Source: Halarcobacter sp.
Lineage (GTDB): Bacteria; Campylobacterota; Campylobacteria; Campylobacterales; Arcobacteraceae
Length of the DNA stretch: 64,000 nt
Assembly: GCA_048571215.1 (NCBI GenBank)
Contig: CP182352.1
Coordinates: 1,120,001-1,184,000, forward strand
Direction of reading: 5' to 3'
Shown: in pieces, positions 1 to 9,562 of the stretch
Layout: each line of letters begins with the position of its first letter
Numbering within the stretch: the stretch's first letter is position 1
The notes under the pieces: generated by a model
Databases searched by the model: none
What the model saw: only the letters and a program-made list of their open reading frames with translations
What the model was told of the DNA's origin: nothing
Program-made: the position numbers and the translations under genes

Positions 1-765
1 GAGTTTTGGCACCTACCTTTAGAAAATGATAAAAACATTGAAATAGGAGTTGGTAAATTAAAGGGTGAAATAGAGTTTTCAAAGGTGAATTTCTTTTATA
101 AAAATAGTAAATACCCATCTTTACAAGAGTGTAACTTAAAAATAAATCCTGGTGAAAAAGTTGGTATTATTGGACAAACTGGGGCTGGTAAAACTACTTT
201 CTTAAGACTTTTAACCGGACTAGATAGTGTTAGTAGTGGAAGTATATATTTAGATGGACATGAGATATCAACTCTTCATCCTGTTGAGATAAGACAAAAT
301 ATTGGAGTTATGCCCCAAGAACCATTTTTATTTTCAGGATCTTTAAAAGAGAATATAGAGCTGTCAAACCCAATAAGTAAAGACAAGATGATGTCTTTGA
401 TTAAATTAACTGGTTTAGATGATTTAGTTAAAAAAACAGGGCAGGGTGATGCTTTACAAGTGGGGGAAAGAGGAAGTAATTTATCTGTAGGACAAAGGCA
501 TTTAGTAGCTTTAGCGAGGGCTATATTAAATGATCCATCAATTATTGTATTAGATGAACCTACAACAGGTCTTGATGTTGGATTAGAAAAAACACTTATA
601 ACACATCTTAAAAATCTATTAGAAGAAAAAACACTTCTAGTGATAACCCATAGGTTTGCAGCTTTGGAGTTAGTTGATAGGGTTATAGTATTAAACAATG
701 GGAAAATAGTTGCAGATGGACCAAAAGATAAAGTCTTAGCTGCATTGCAACAAAAGGGTAAGTAA
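1..765 (+). CDS. Type I secretion system ABC transporter/permease, C-terminal part (5' end outside window)
   Basis: Open frame from base 1; Walker A GQTGAGKT, signature LSVGQR, Walker B IIVLDEPT; directly upstream of an HlyD-family gene. Confidence 0.92.
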   Translation, partial: EFWHLPLENDKNIEIGVGKLKGEIEFSKVNFFYKNSKYPSLQECNLKINPGEKVGIIGQTGAGKTTFLRLLTGLDSVSSGSIYLDGHEISTLHPVEIRQNIGVMPQEPFLFSGSLKENIELSNPISKDKMMSLIKLTGLDDLVKKTGQGDALQVGERGSNLSVGQRHLVALARAILNDPSIIVLDEPTTGLDVGLEKTLITHLKNLLEEKTLLVITHRFAALELVDRVIVLNNGKIVADGPKDKVLAALQQKGK

Positions 766-769
766 AACA

Positions 770-2044
770 ATGAATAATCTATTATTTGAAGAGAAAAAAT
801 GGAACTATTATGTATCTGTAGTGCCAATCATGCTTTTTTTTATTGCTTTTATTACCTGGGCATCTTTTAGTCAAGTTGATGAAGTTGTAAGGGGTACTGG
901 TAAGATAGTACCTTCAGGACAAACAAAAATTTTACAAAATTTAGAGGGTGGAATTATCTCTGATATTAAAGTAAAAGAGGGTGATACTGTATCAAAAGGG
1001 CAGATTATTTATACCCTTTCAAATGAGTTTTTTAGAGCAGATTCTAGAACAAAAAAATTAGACTTATTGGCTTTCCAAGCAGCAGAACAGAGATTAGAAG
1101 CCTCAATTAATGAAAAAGAAACTATAGATTTTTCAAAAGATTTAGTTGAAAAAATTCCAGAGATTATAAATAATGAAAAAAGAATATTTTTTGAAGATTT
1201 AAAAAATAGAAATACACAAATTGCAATTGCACAAGATCAATTAAGACAAAAAAAATATAAACTAAAAGAAGCTGAAACAAAGTTTGAGAATTTAAGTTTA
1301 GAGTTAAACTTAGCTCAAACAAATATGAAGATATTGGAGTCTTTATATAAGAAAAAAGTTGTATCAAAAAAAGATTATATTACTGAACTTTCAAAAAAAC
1401 AAAACATTGTTACTAAATTATCTGAAACTCGTAATAGTATTCCTATTATAAAAGAAGAGATATCTGAAGCAAAAAAAAGAATAGATACTGTTAAATCTGA
1501 AATCAAATCAAAATATCTTCAAAAATACTCAAGTTTAAAAGCTGAAATAAATAAATTAATAGAGAGAAACAAAGCAGATACTGATAGGGAACTACGTAAA
1601 GATGTAGTATCTCCCGTAAAAGGGATAATAAACAAGTTATATTTTTACACTATTGGGGGTATTGTAAAATCAGGAGATAAATTAGCTGAGATTACACCTT
1701 TGGATGATTCTTTGACAATAGAGGCACGGGTTTCTACAAGTAATAGAGCACAAATTTGGGCTGGTCAAAATGTATCCGTAGAAATTACTGCTTATGATTT
1801 CTCAAAATATGGTCTTTTAAATGGTACTTTGATCTCTATTTCACCTGATTCTTTTGAAGATAGAACTGGAAATATCTATTATCTTGTAAAAGTAAAAGTT
1901 GATACAAATCAATTTGCTCCTGATTTACCTATTATGCCAGGGATGATAGCGAATATTAATATTTTAACTGGTAAAAAAACTATACTTCAATATATTATTA
2001 AACCATTAAAAGATATTAGTAGAAATGCATTAGGTGAACAATAA
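770..2044 (+). CDS. HlyD-family type I secretion membrane fusion protein
   Basis: N-terminal TM, DEVVRGTGKIVP, LEGGII, coiled coil, SPVKGII, PGMIA..I.TGKKTILQYIIKPL. Confidence 0.95.
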   Translation: MNNLLFEEKKWNYYVSVVPIMLFFIAFITWASFSQVDEVVRGTGKIVPSGQTKILQNLEGGIISDIKVKEGDTVSKGQIIYTLSNEFFRADSRTKKLDLLAFQAAEQRLEASINEKETIDFSKDLVEKIPEIINNEKRIFFEDLKNRNTQIAIAQDQLRQKKYKLKEAETKFENLSLELNLAQTNMKILESLYKKKVVSKKDYITELSKKQNIVTKLSETRNSIPIIKEEISEAKKRIDTVKSEIKSKYLQKYSSLKAEINKLIERNKADTDRELRKDVVSPVKGIINKLYFYTIGGIVKSGDKLAEITPLDDSLTIEARVSTSNRAQIWAGQNVSVEITAYDFSKYGLLNGTLISISPDSFEDRTGNIYYLVKVKVDTNQFAPDLPIMPGMIANINILTGKKTILQYIIKPLKDISRNALGEQ

Positions 2045-2156
2045 TATATCATCTAGTTATTATTTTTTAATATTTCCCTTTATTTTCATCTATTTAAAAG
2101 GTTATTTTAAATAATATAGTATTTACTTTTTAATAAAAATATTTAAGGGTTAATTA

Positions 2157-3110
2157 ATGTTTAGCTTCTTCAAGTTTCTACAAAAATTTATAAAAGATTT
2201 AAAGTCAAATAAGGGATTATGGTTTACAATTTTAGCAGTTGTTTCTGTGTTGGGTATATTCTTATCTCTTTACCTTTTAACACATATGACTAAAAGTGTA
2301 TCAAAAGATGTATATTATAATATGTCTTCAACATATGTAAAAAATTATAAGAATAGAGTTACTAAAAAAGAGCAAAATTTTAAAAAGATTTTGTTAACAG
2401 TAAAAGCTGATGATAATTTTATATCAAATATAGCAAATAGTAACTTAGTAGAGGTGGGAAATTATATCTCTAGGTTCAATGATGAGTACAAAACAAATGG
2501 ATTTAATAGTTATCAACTAAGTTTCTATCCTATTTTTAATCAAGTTAACCAATACAGAACAACTATTAATTCGGCAATAAACGCAAAGAATAAAATTTTT
2601 GGTGTAGAGGTTTTACAAGATGGTGTATATTATGTTTATATAGAACCACTTATAAGAGATGATAAATTAATTGGAGTTTTAGAACTAAAAGAAGAGTTAC
2701 ACGATTTCAAAGTTGAATATACAAAAGATGATTTAATTTTTCTATTCCTTATAGAAGAGAGAATGCTAAATAAACTTTCAATAAAAGCAAGAAATGGTAA
2801 ATATAGAGAAGTTGTTGAAACTTTATATGTAAATGAAGAGAGATACGATGGACAATTTTTTGCAAAAATCATAGATGGTGGAAGAGAAAACTATAAAATG
2901 ATGATGGACAATGGTTATTCTGTAGATGATACTTATTTTAGAGCTGTTCAAAAAGTTGCTGATATGGAGGGTAATATTATTGGTTTAGTTGTAATTGGAG
3001 AACCTGTTGAGGGAAGTGGAGCCTTTGTAAACATTGTTGATAATATGACAAAAACAGTTACAACTGTTGCTTTAGGTTTAGTTATTTCAATTTTACTATT
3101 TATGTTTTAA
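2157..3110 (+). CDS. Membrane protein with a periplasmic Cache-like domain and no cytoplasmic output domain
   Basis: TM at about aa 22-42 and at the extreme C-terminus; YIEPLIRDDKLIGVLEL and DMEGNIIGLVVIG resemble double-Cache strands. Confidence 0.6.
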   Translation: MFSFFKFLQKFIKDLKSNKGLWFTILAVVSVLGIFLSLYLLTHMTKSVSKDVYYNMSSTYVKNYKNRVTKKEQNFKKILLTVKADDNFISNIANSNLVEVGNYISRFNDEYKTNGFNSYQLSFYPIFNQVNQYRTTINSAINAKNKIFGVEVLQDGVYYVYIEPLIRDDKLIGVLELKEELHDFKVEYTKDDLIFLFLIEERMLNKLSIKARNGKYREVVETLYVNEERYDGQFFAKIIDGGRENYKMMMDNGYSVDDTYFRAVQKVADMEGNIIGLVVIGEPVEGSGAFVNIVDNMTKTVTTVALGLVISILLFMF

Positions 3111-3119
3111 GGCACTTAG

Positions 3120-4268
3120 ATGAGACGTATTAAGATATTAAAAATATATTTTATATTTATACTATTTGTAGTTTTTTTAATTTTTTCAAATATTCAAGTA
3201 ATAAAAAGCTTCTTTATGGCGACATTAACATTTAATGTTGCAATTTTAACAATATTTTCTATTGGATTATTGATACTTTATCAAGCAGCTATAAAACTTA
3301 CAATGCTTTCAGGTACATTTGGGATTTTGGCTTATAAAAAAGGTAAAGCCTTGGAGTTTTATCTTCAAGGGATTACAGGGGTTTTTCCTGCAACTATAGC
3401 CCATATGTTTAACAAAAGAGCAAAAAAAGGTGTTTTGTATTTTACTCAAGATGAAGCAAAAAATGTAAGTGAATGGTTAGGTGAACAGTTTTTTAATCAA
3501 AAGGGTTATACAAACTTTTTTGTTGGTACCTCACTTATGCTTGGGCTTTTTGGTACATTTACTGGTCTTTTGGTTGCTATTGATGAGATGGGTGCTATTA
3601 TTTTATCATTTGGTGGAGACGATATAGATATTGGTGAAGTTATGACTAAGTTCTCTGGACCATTAGGTGGTATGTCTATTGGATTTGCTTCATCTTTATT
3701 TGGGGTAGCTTCAGCAGTTATTTTAAATGTAATGCAATATATTCTTACTAGAAATCAAGCAGGATTTTTACAAGATGTAGAGGATTGGATGAAAGGTAAA
3801 ATCATCGACTCTCAATCATCTGAAACCTTAGAAGAAGCAAAAGAACAATTAGGATTAATAGTAAGTTCTCAAGGTTCAGGATCTGGTGGTGGAGGAAATA
3901 TGCAAGGTTTCCTAGATGTATTTATTGATACTATGGGAGATTTTACAGATAAGTTAGAAAAATCTAACAAATCAACAGAAAAAGTTTATGATCTGATAAT
4001 AGAAAGTTTCTCAAATGACAATAGTTTTAAAGAAAAAGAGTCTGTACTCTTGGAAAATATTGTAACAAGTTTAAGGGAATCAAATGTAAATCAATTTTCA
4101 AATGCTTCTATGATGGAGGAATCTTTACAAGAGATTTCAAATGTAATTTTATCTGAACATAGAAGTGTTAAAAAGAGTTTAGCATTGCAAGAGGAAAATA
4201 ATAAACTTTTATTACAGTTAGTAAACTCTTTAAATAGTAGACTAGATAAGTTAGAATCAAATAAGTGA
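3120..4268 (+). CDS. MotA/TolQ/ExbB-family channel subunit (SiiB-like)
   Basis: LMLGLFGTFTGL and GMSIGFASSLFGV match the two signature helices of the family; long helical C-terminal tail. Confidence 0.85.
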   Translation: MRRIKILKIYFIFILFVVFLIFSNIQVIKSFFMATLTFNVAILTIFSIGLLILYQAAIKLTMLSGTFGILAYKKGKALEFYLQGITGVFPATIAHMFNKRAKKGVLYFTQDEAKNVSEWLGEQFFNQKGYTNFFVGTSLMLGLFGTFTGLLVAIDEMGAIILSFGGDDIDIGEVMTKFSGPLGGMSIGFASSLFGVASAVILNVMQYILTRNQAGFLQDVEDWMKGKIIDSQSSETLEEAKEQLGLIVSSQGSGSGGGGNMQGFLDVFIDTMGDFTDKLEKSNKSTEKVYDLIIESFSNDNSFKEKESVLLENIVTSLRESNVNQFSNASMMEESLQEISNVILSEHRSVKKSLALQEENNKLLLQLVNSLNSRLDKLESNK

Positions 4269-4280
4269 TAGGTATCTTTA

Positions 4281-5045
4281 ATGGCAAATAGATGTGAAGA
4301 TGAGTTTAACCCTTGGCCTTCATTTGTTGATATCTTTTCATCGGTTATTCTTGTAATGCTTCTTTTCTTACTGGTTGTACTTGTAAATTTGGGGTTTTAT
4401 GCACAATTTAAATATAAAGTATCATATACAGGTTCAATAGCTACAGATGATTTGATAGTAAATGATAATCCTAGTGAGGGAACTGAAAAATTGTTTCAAA
4501 AACAGCAAGCACAACCAGTGACCCAAATAGAAACAAAAACAAAAGAACAATCACAAGCTGTATCTCAAATGCAAAGTGAGATTATTAGATTAAGAAAAAT
4601 GATTAAAGAGAGAACAGTAAAAGCAAAAGAGAAACACGAATCAGAAATTGAAGCTGGTGGGATTGATGTAAAAGATAGAAAAGATGATGACAATAAATCT
4701 AAACAAACTATTATTAATAGTGAAGATTACTTTATTATTACCTTTAAAGGAAATGAGATATTTTTTGATAATGAGATAACTAAAAAATTAAAAGGTTTTT
4801 TAAATGATGCAAAAGAAAAATATAAAAAATATAAAATCTCAATTACAGCTGCTGATGTTCAAGGGCAAGCTAGTGCAACAGTTGCAAAACAGATCTCGTT
4901 AGCTAGAACAATTGGTGCAAGAAATCTTATTCGAAAATTTGGTTATGAGAAAAAAGATGTAAGAGTTGATTTATTATCTAGCACAGACGTAAAAGAAAAT
5001 ATAAACAAAAAAAATGGATATTTAGTTATTAGGATAAAAAGATAG
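4281..5045 (+). CDS. MotB-family subunit (SiiA-like) with a C-terminal OmpA-like domain
   Basis: EDEFNPWPSFVD followed by one TM helix (MotB-type W-x4-D); C-terminal domain with ISLARTIGARNLI resembling OmpA-like LSxxRA. Confidence 0.85.
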   Translation: MANRCEDEFNPWPSFVDIFSSVILVMLLFLLVVLVNLGFYAQFKYKVSYTGSIATDDLIVNDNPSEGTEKLFQKQQAQPVTQIETKTKEQSQAVSQMQSEIIRLRKMIKERTVKAKEKHESEIEAGGIDVKDRKDDDNKSKQTIINSEDYFIITFKGNEIFFDNEITKKLKGFLNDAKEKYKKYKISITAADVQGQASATVAKQISLARTIGARNLIRKFGYEKKDVRVDLLSSTDVKENINKKNGYLVIRIKR

Positions 5046-8000
5046 TGATAAGCAGATTTATAAAATATATATTATTTACTTTTTTAATTGTTTCCTCAAC
5101 TATGGCATTAAATGATGAAAATAATCTTAATTTAATAGCGCCTAAAAAACTCAATCAGCTTGAAGGAGAAAAAGATTCTTTAAAAAAAATAGAAAGAACA
5201 TATGTATCAGAAACACCTTCTGTAAGAACTGCAAAAATAAAAAAAGCAAATCAAGACCAAGCTTTAAATACTAAACTTTATACAAAAGTAAAACTTATAG
5301 ATGTTGTACTAGAAACACTATCAAGAAGTGATACTTTAAAATCATCAAGAGAAAATGTAATTCAGTATGAATTAAAAGTTAAAAATGCAATTGCTGATTA
5401 TTATCCTACTGTAAATTTTAGTTATGAATATGGTCGAACTAAAACAAAACCTGATAGTAGTGGAAATAATCATTTTAGATTTTATACTGATGATAACTTT
5501 GAATTTATATTAAGACAAAACTTATATTCAGGTTTTGCAACTAATTATAATATTAAAAGTATTGGAAAAAAACTTGAAGTAGCTAGAAATCAATACAGAA
5601 TTACCCTTGATGAAGAGATTAAAAAAGCTGTAAAGGCTTATTTTGATGTTGTATTTGCAAATCGTTCAGTAAAAGTCAATGAACGAAATATGAAAAAACT
5701 TAATAGAATTTTGAAAATTGTTACAACAAAATATGATAATGGTGGTGCATCATTAGGGGATATGACCTCAATAAAAGCTAGCGTTGCAAATTCAATGACA
5801 AAATTAGTAAAAATCAAATCTAAATTTATTGAGTCATTGAGATATTATGAGTATATTGCAGGTGTTGATTTTCAAAAAACCTTACCATATGAGATGAATT
5901 TTGATATCTCTTTAAAAGAGTTTCAAGAGTTATATGAACATGCCTTAGAAAAAAATAGAAATTTGATTAATTATTATGAGAGTATAGAAGCTGAAAAGTA
6001 TGAACAAAAAAAGAGAAGAGCAGCTTTTGAACCGAAACTTGATTTTGAATTATCTTATGGGGAGATTTATCAAGGTGATGGTATAGCTAAAACTGAAACA
6101 GATGTAAGTGGAAAAGTAAAACTTACATATAATCTATTTAATGGTGGAAAAGATAAAAATAAAGTCCTAGAATCAAATAGTAAGGTTAGAAATCTAAACT
6201 ATAAACTTGAAGAAGAGAAGAAAAAAATCAAATGGAACCTTTCTAAGATACACACTTCTATGCAAAGTATTAATGAAGCCTTAAAAAGTACTATAGAAGA
6301 GATTAAAGCCTCTAGAAAGATGGTTTCAGCATATTGGGATGCTTTTAAGCTTGGAGAGCAAGATTTACAAACACTACTGCAAGGACAAAGACAATTAAAC
6401 TCAGCAGAAACAGAACTTGTTGGTTTTGAAAAAAGTCAAATTATCAACTTCTTTAATACTTTAGAGTTAACAGGAGAACTATCTTCATTTTTCAATGTTG
6501 ATCCAGGAAATCCTAAATTTATAGATTTTTCAAAAAGTGATTATAAAAAAACAGTTATAGCAAAAGATGGACAATTATTATCTTTAACTGGCGATATTGC
6601 AAAAGATAAACTTGAAAAAGAAAAAGAGATTAAAAAACAAGAAGAAAAACCAAAAGAGATTGTAGCTACAAAAATCCCTTTAGATGAAAAACTTAGTAAA
6701 TATGTAGAAGAGTTTAAGAGTTTTGATGATAATAGTTTTACAATAGAGATTGGTGACTTTGATTCGATTTTTGATGCCTTTGATTTCATGATAAAAAATA
6801 AAATAGATGATAACTCTTTTACCTATGAAGTTGTTGATAAATATAATATAAAAACAAAAATTGCCCACAATAATTTTAAAACAAAAGAGGAAGCAAATAA
6901 CTATATAAAACTTTTGGAAGAGAAAAAGTTAGGAAAAGAGTATAAGGTAAGGTTAGTAAAAGATATTAAAGCTTTATATGATAGTTATATGAAAGGTTTA
7001 GCAATAAAACCTCCTAAACCAAAAGTTAAAACTAAAATAAAAATTGTTGAAAAGCTAATTCAAGCACCAGTTAAAAAAGAGTTTCAACCTGATGAACAGT
7101 TTAAAAATAAGTTTTTATCTTCACCTGATGATTTTTATACTATAAATGTATCATCTTTTACAGATTTGAAAACTTTAGAGAAATTTGTTTTAAAAAATGA
7201 GATCAAAGATAATTCATTTTTCTTTAGATATGGCAATAATGGACAACTTATTAAGTTAGTATATGGGGTTTATGAAAATTATACTAATAATATAGAAGAT
7301 CAAATAAATAAGTTGATTTTAGAAAATAAAAATATTTTTCCACTAGTGGAAAAGCTTGGACCTGTAAAAGAGCTATATAATGAAAATATTCAATTTAATA
7401 AAAAAGATGAAAAAGAAGATAAAGAAGACAAAGCTATCCATGAGAACAAATCTAAAGAGATAAAAGAAAATAAAAAAGATGATGAAGTTTTAACTTTAAC
7501 AAAAAGAGTCTCATTAGATGATATAAATAAAGAGAAAAAAGAAAAAATAGAAAAAGCAAAAAAAGAGATTGTTAAAATCTTAGATAAGAATAAAGCTTCA
7601 AATGATAATCAAAAAAATAAAAAAGAGAATATAACAAAAGAAGAAGAGGCAAATTTAGATAGTGTAGTACAAAAAGAAGTATTACAAAAATCTGATGAAA
7701 AACTTGAAAAAGACAAACCTAAAGAGGATATTAAAAAAACTTTAGAAAAAGAAGTAAAAAAAGAGATTATTGATGCACCAAAAAAAGAAGTTAAAAAAGA
7801 GTTAAGCTTAGAAAAAAACTTTTTAAATAGCTTCATAGAGGCACCAAGAAGTTCATATACTATTAATTTAGCTTCATTTCCTACAAAAGAATTAGCAAAA
7901 GAGTATATATCAAATAACAATATTCAAGAAAACAGTTTATTTGTAAGAGCTGATAATGGTGTTATTAAAGTTTTAAATGGGATATATAATACAAGAGAAA

Positions 8001-9562
8001 AGGCAAATAAAGCGATAACTTCATTACCTGAATCAATACAAAGAAATAATCCTTATCTACAAAAAATATTTAGAGTTCAAGATTTGATTAAAGCTAATAG
8101 TTCAAACATTGAAGCACTTCAATTGACAAATAAAGTTGATTTAGAAGAGGAAAAACTTGCAAAAGTAGAAGTAGAAAAAAAAGCTAAACTTGAACTTGAA
8201 AGAAAAGCAAAACTTGATGCAGAAAAACTTGCAAAAGTAGAAGCACAGAAAGAAGCTGAAGATGAAGCTAAAGAAAAAGCAAAACTAGAGGCACAAAAGT
8301 TAGAAAAAGAAAGATTAGCAAAATTAGAAGCTAAAGAAAAAGAAAAAGAAGAAGCTCAAAGAAAAGCAAAACTTGAAGCAGAAAAATTTGCAAAATTGGA
8401 AGCACAGAAAAAAACTGAAGAGGAAGTTAAAGAAAAAGCAAAAGAAGAGGCTCAAAGAAAAGCTAAACTTGAAGCAGAAAAACTTGCAAAATTAGAAGCA
8501 CAGAAAAAAGCTGAAGAGGAAGCTAAAGAAAAAGAAAAATTAGAAGCACAAAAGTTAGAAAAAGAAAGACTTGCTAAAGAAGAAGCAGATAAAAAAGATA
8601 AATTAGCAAAAGAAGAAGCTGAAAGAAAAGCTAAACTTCTTGATGAAAAAGCAGCGCAAAAGGCTAAAGAAGAGGCTTATAAAAAAGCTCAACTTGAAGT
8701 TGAAAGATTAAGAAAAGAGCGACTTGAAAAAGAAGAGATACAAAGAAAAGCTCATGCAGAAGCTATAAAGCAAGCAAGATTAAAAGCACAAATGAAAGCA
8801 AAACTTGAAGCAAAAAAAGCAGAAATTGAAAGAATAGGAAAAGAAAAAGCAGCAAAAAAAGCAAAAGAGATTGCTGAAAGAAAAGCTAAACTCGAAGCTG
8901 AGCAAAAAGCAAAAGAGATTGCTGAAAGAAAAGCTAAACTTGAAGCTGAGCAAAAAGCAAAAGAAGAAGCAGAGAAAAAAGCTAAACTCGAAGCTGAGCA
9001 AAAAGCAAAAGAAGCAGCAGAAAAAAAAGCTAAAGAAGCACAAAAGTTAGAAAAAGAAAGATTGGCAAAACTTGAAGCTAAAAGAAAAGTAAAAAGCATA
9101 GAGAACAAAAAAGAGGATATAGAAAAAGATGCAAGTTTAGAGATAAGTGGATTAAAAAATGAAAAAACTAGCACTTTAAATCCTAATAAAACTACTGTAA
9201 ATAAGCTAAAATTATCATCTAGTCCAATTGAAGAGATAGATTTTGGAGCAAATGGAACAGAAAAAAAACAGAAGGTAATCCCTTATAACAAAAGACAAGA
9301 TAATTTTGCTAATAAATTTGCAAATACATCTAAAAATAAATATACATTAAAAATCATCACATTAAAACCTAGTGAAGTTAAATGGTTTGAAAATGTGCGT
9401 GGATTGTCTCCTACTCATGTTGTAGTTAAAAATAAAAAAAGAGCGACTATCTATTATGGTATCTATGATACTATTGAAGAAGCAAAAAAAGATATAGTAA
9501 ATCTTCATCCTTTAATCTATGAGTCAAATCCTCCTGTTGTAAAAATAGGAACTGTAAAATGA
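5045..9562 (+). CDS. TolC-family outer membrane protein fused to four SPOR-like domains and a TolA-like E/K/A-rich region
   Basis: Signal peptide; two OEP repeats (ADYYPTVNF..LRQNLYSGF; AAFEPKLDF..YNLFNGG); repeats of YTINLASF...GIYNTREKANKAITSLP..NP; KAKLEAE repeats. Confidence 0.85.
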   Translation: MISRFIKYILFTFLIVSSTMALNDENNLNLIAPKKLNQLEGEKDSLKKIERTYVSETPSVRTAKIKKANQDQALNTKLYTKVKLIDVVLETLSRSDTLKSSRENVIQYELKVKNAIADYYPTVNFSYEYGRTKTKPDSSGNNHFRFYTDDNFEFILRQNLYSGFATNYNIKSIGKKLEVARNQYRITLDEEIKKAVKAYFDVVFANRSVKVNERNMKKLNRILKIVTTKYDNGGASLGDMTSIKASVANSMTKLVKIKSKFIESLRYYEYIAGVDFQKTLPYEMNFDISLKEFQELYEHALEKNRNLINYYESIEAEKYEQKKRRAAFEPKLDFELSYGEIYQGDGIAKTETDVSGKVKLTYNLFNGGKDKNKVLESNSKVRNLNYKLEEEKKKIKWNLSKIHTSMQSINEALKSTIEEIKASRKMVSAYWDAFKLGEQDLQTLLQGQRQLNSAETELVGFEKSQIINFFNTLELTGELSSFFNVDPGNPKFIDFSKSDYKKTVIAKDGQLLSLTGDIAKDKLEKEKEIKKQEEKPKEIVATKIPLDEKLSKYVEEFKSFDDNSFTIEIGDFDSIFDAFDFMIKNKIDDNSFTYEVVDKYNIKTKIAHNNFKTKEEANNYIKLLEEKKLGKEYKVRLVKDIKALYDSYMKGLAIKPPKPKVKTKIKIVEKLIQAPVKKEFQPDEQFKNKFLSSPDDFYTINVSSFTDLKTLEKFVLKNEIKDNSFFFRYGNNGQLIKLVYGVYENYTNNIEDQINKLILENKNIFPLVEKLGPVKELYNENIQFNKKDEKEDKEDKAIHENKSKEIKENKKDDEVLTLTKRVSLDDINKEKKEKIEKAKKEIVKILDKNKASNDNQKNKKENITKEEEANLDSVVQKEVLQKSDEKLEKDKPKEDIKKTLEKEVKKEIIDAPKKEVKKELSLEKNFLNSFIEAPRSSYTINLASFPTKELAKEYISNNNIQENSLFVRADNGVIKVLNGIYNTREKANKAITSLPESIQRNNPYLQKIFRVQDLIKANSSNIEALQLTNKVDLEEEKLAKVEVEKKAKLELERKAKLDAEKLAKVEAQKEAEDEAKEKAKLEAQKLEKERLAKLEAKEKEKEEAQRKAKLEAEKFAKLEAQKKTEEEVKEKAKEEAQRKAKLEAEKLAKLEAQKKAEEEAKEKEKLEAQKLEKERLAKEEADKKDKLAKEEAERKAKLLDEKAAQKAKEEAYKKAQLEVERLRKERLEKEEIQRKAHAEAIKQARLKAQMKAKLEAKKAEIERIGKEKAAKKAKEIAERKAKLEAEQKAKEIAERKAKLEAEQKAKEEAEKKAKLEAEQKAKEAAEKKAKEAQKLEKERLAKLEAKRKVKSIENKKEDIEKDASLEISGLKNEKTSTLNPNKTTVNKLKLSSSPIEEIDFGANGTEKKQKVIPYNKRQDNFANKFANTSKNKYTLKIITLKPSEVKWFENVRGLSPTHVVVKNKKRATIYYGIYDTIEEAKKDIVNLHPLIYESNPPVVKIGTVK
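8856..9030 (+). repeat. Intragenic 48-bp tandem repeat (about 3.5 copies, KAKEIAERKAKLEAEQ)
   Basis: GCAAAAGA recurs at 8861, 8909, 8957 and 9005. Confidence 0.85.

Noticed and set aside
3120..5045. Zorya anti-phage ZorAB or flagellar MotAB
   Set aside because: No zorC/D/E or flagellar genes nearby; the pair is embedded between T1SS genes, which fits a SiiAB-like role better
8752..9174. Antisense ORFs rich in Phe/Ser/Cys (also the other short opposite-strand ORFs in the track)
   Set aside because: Shadow frames of Lys/Glu/Ala-rich or otherwise well-supported genes on the other strand
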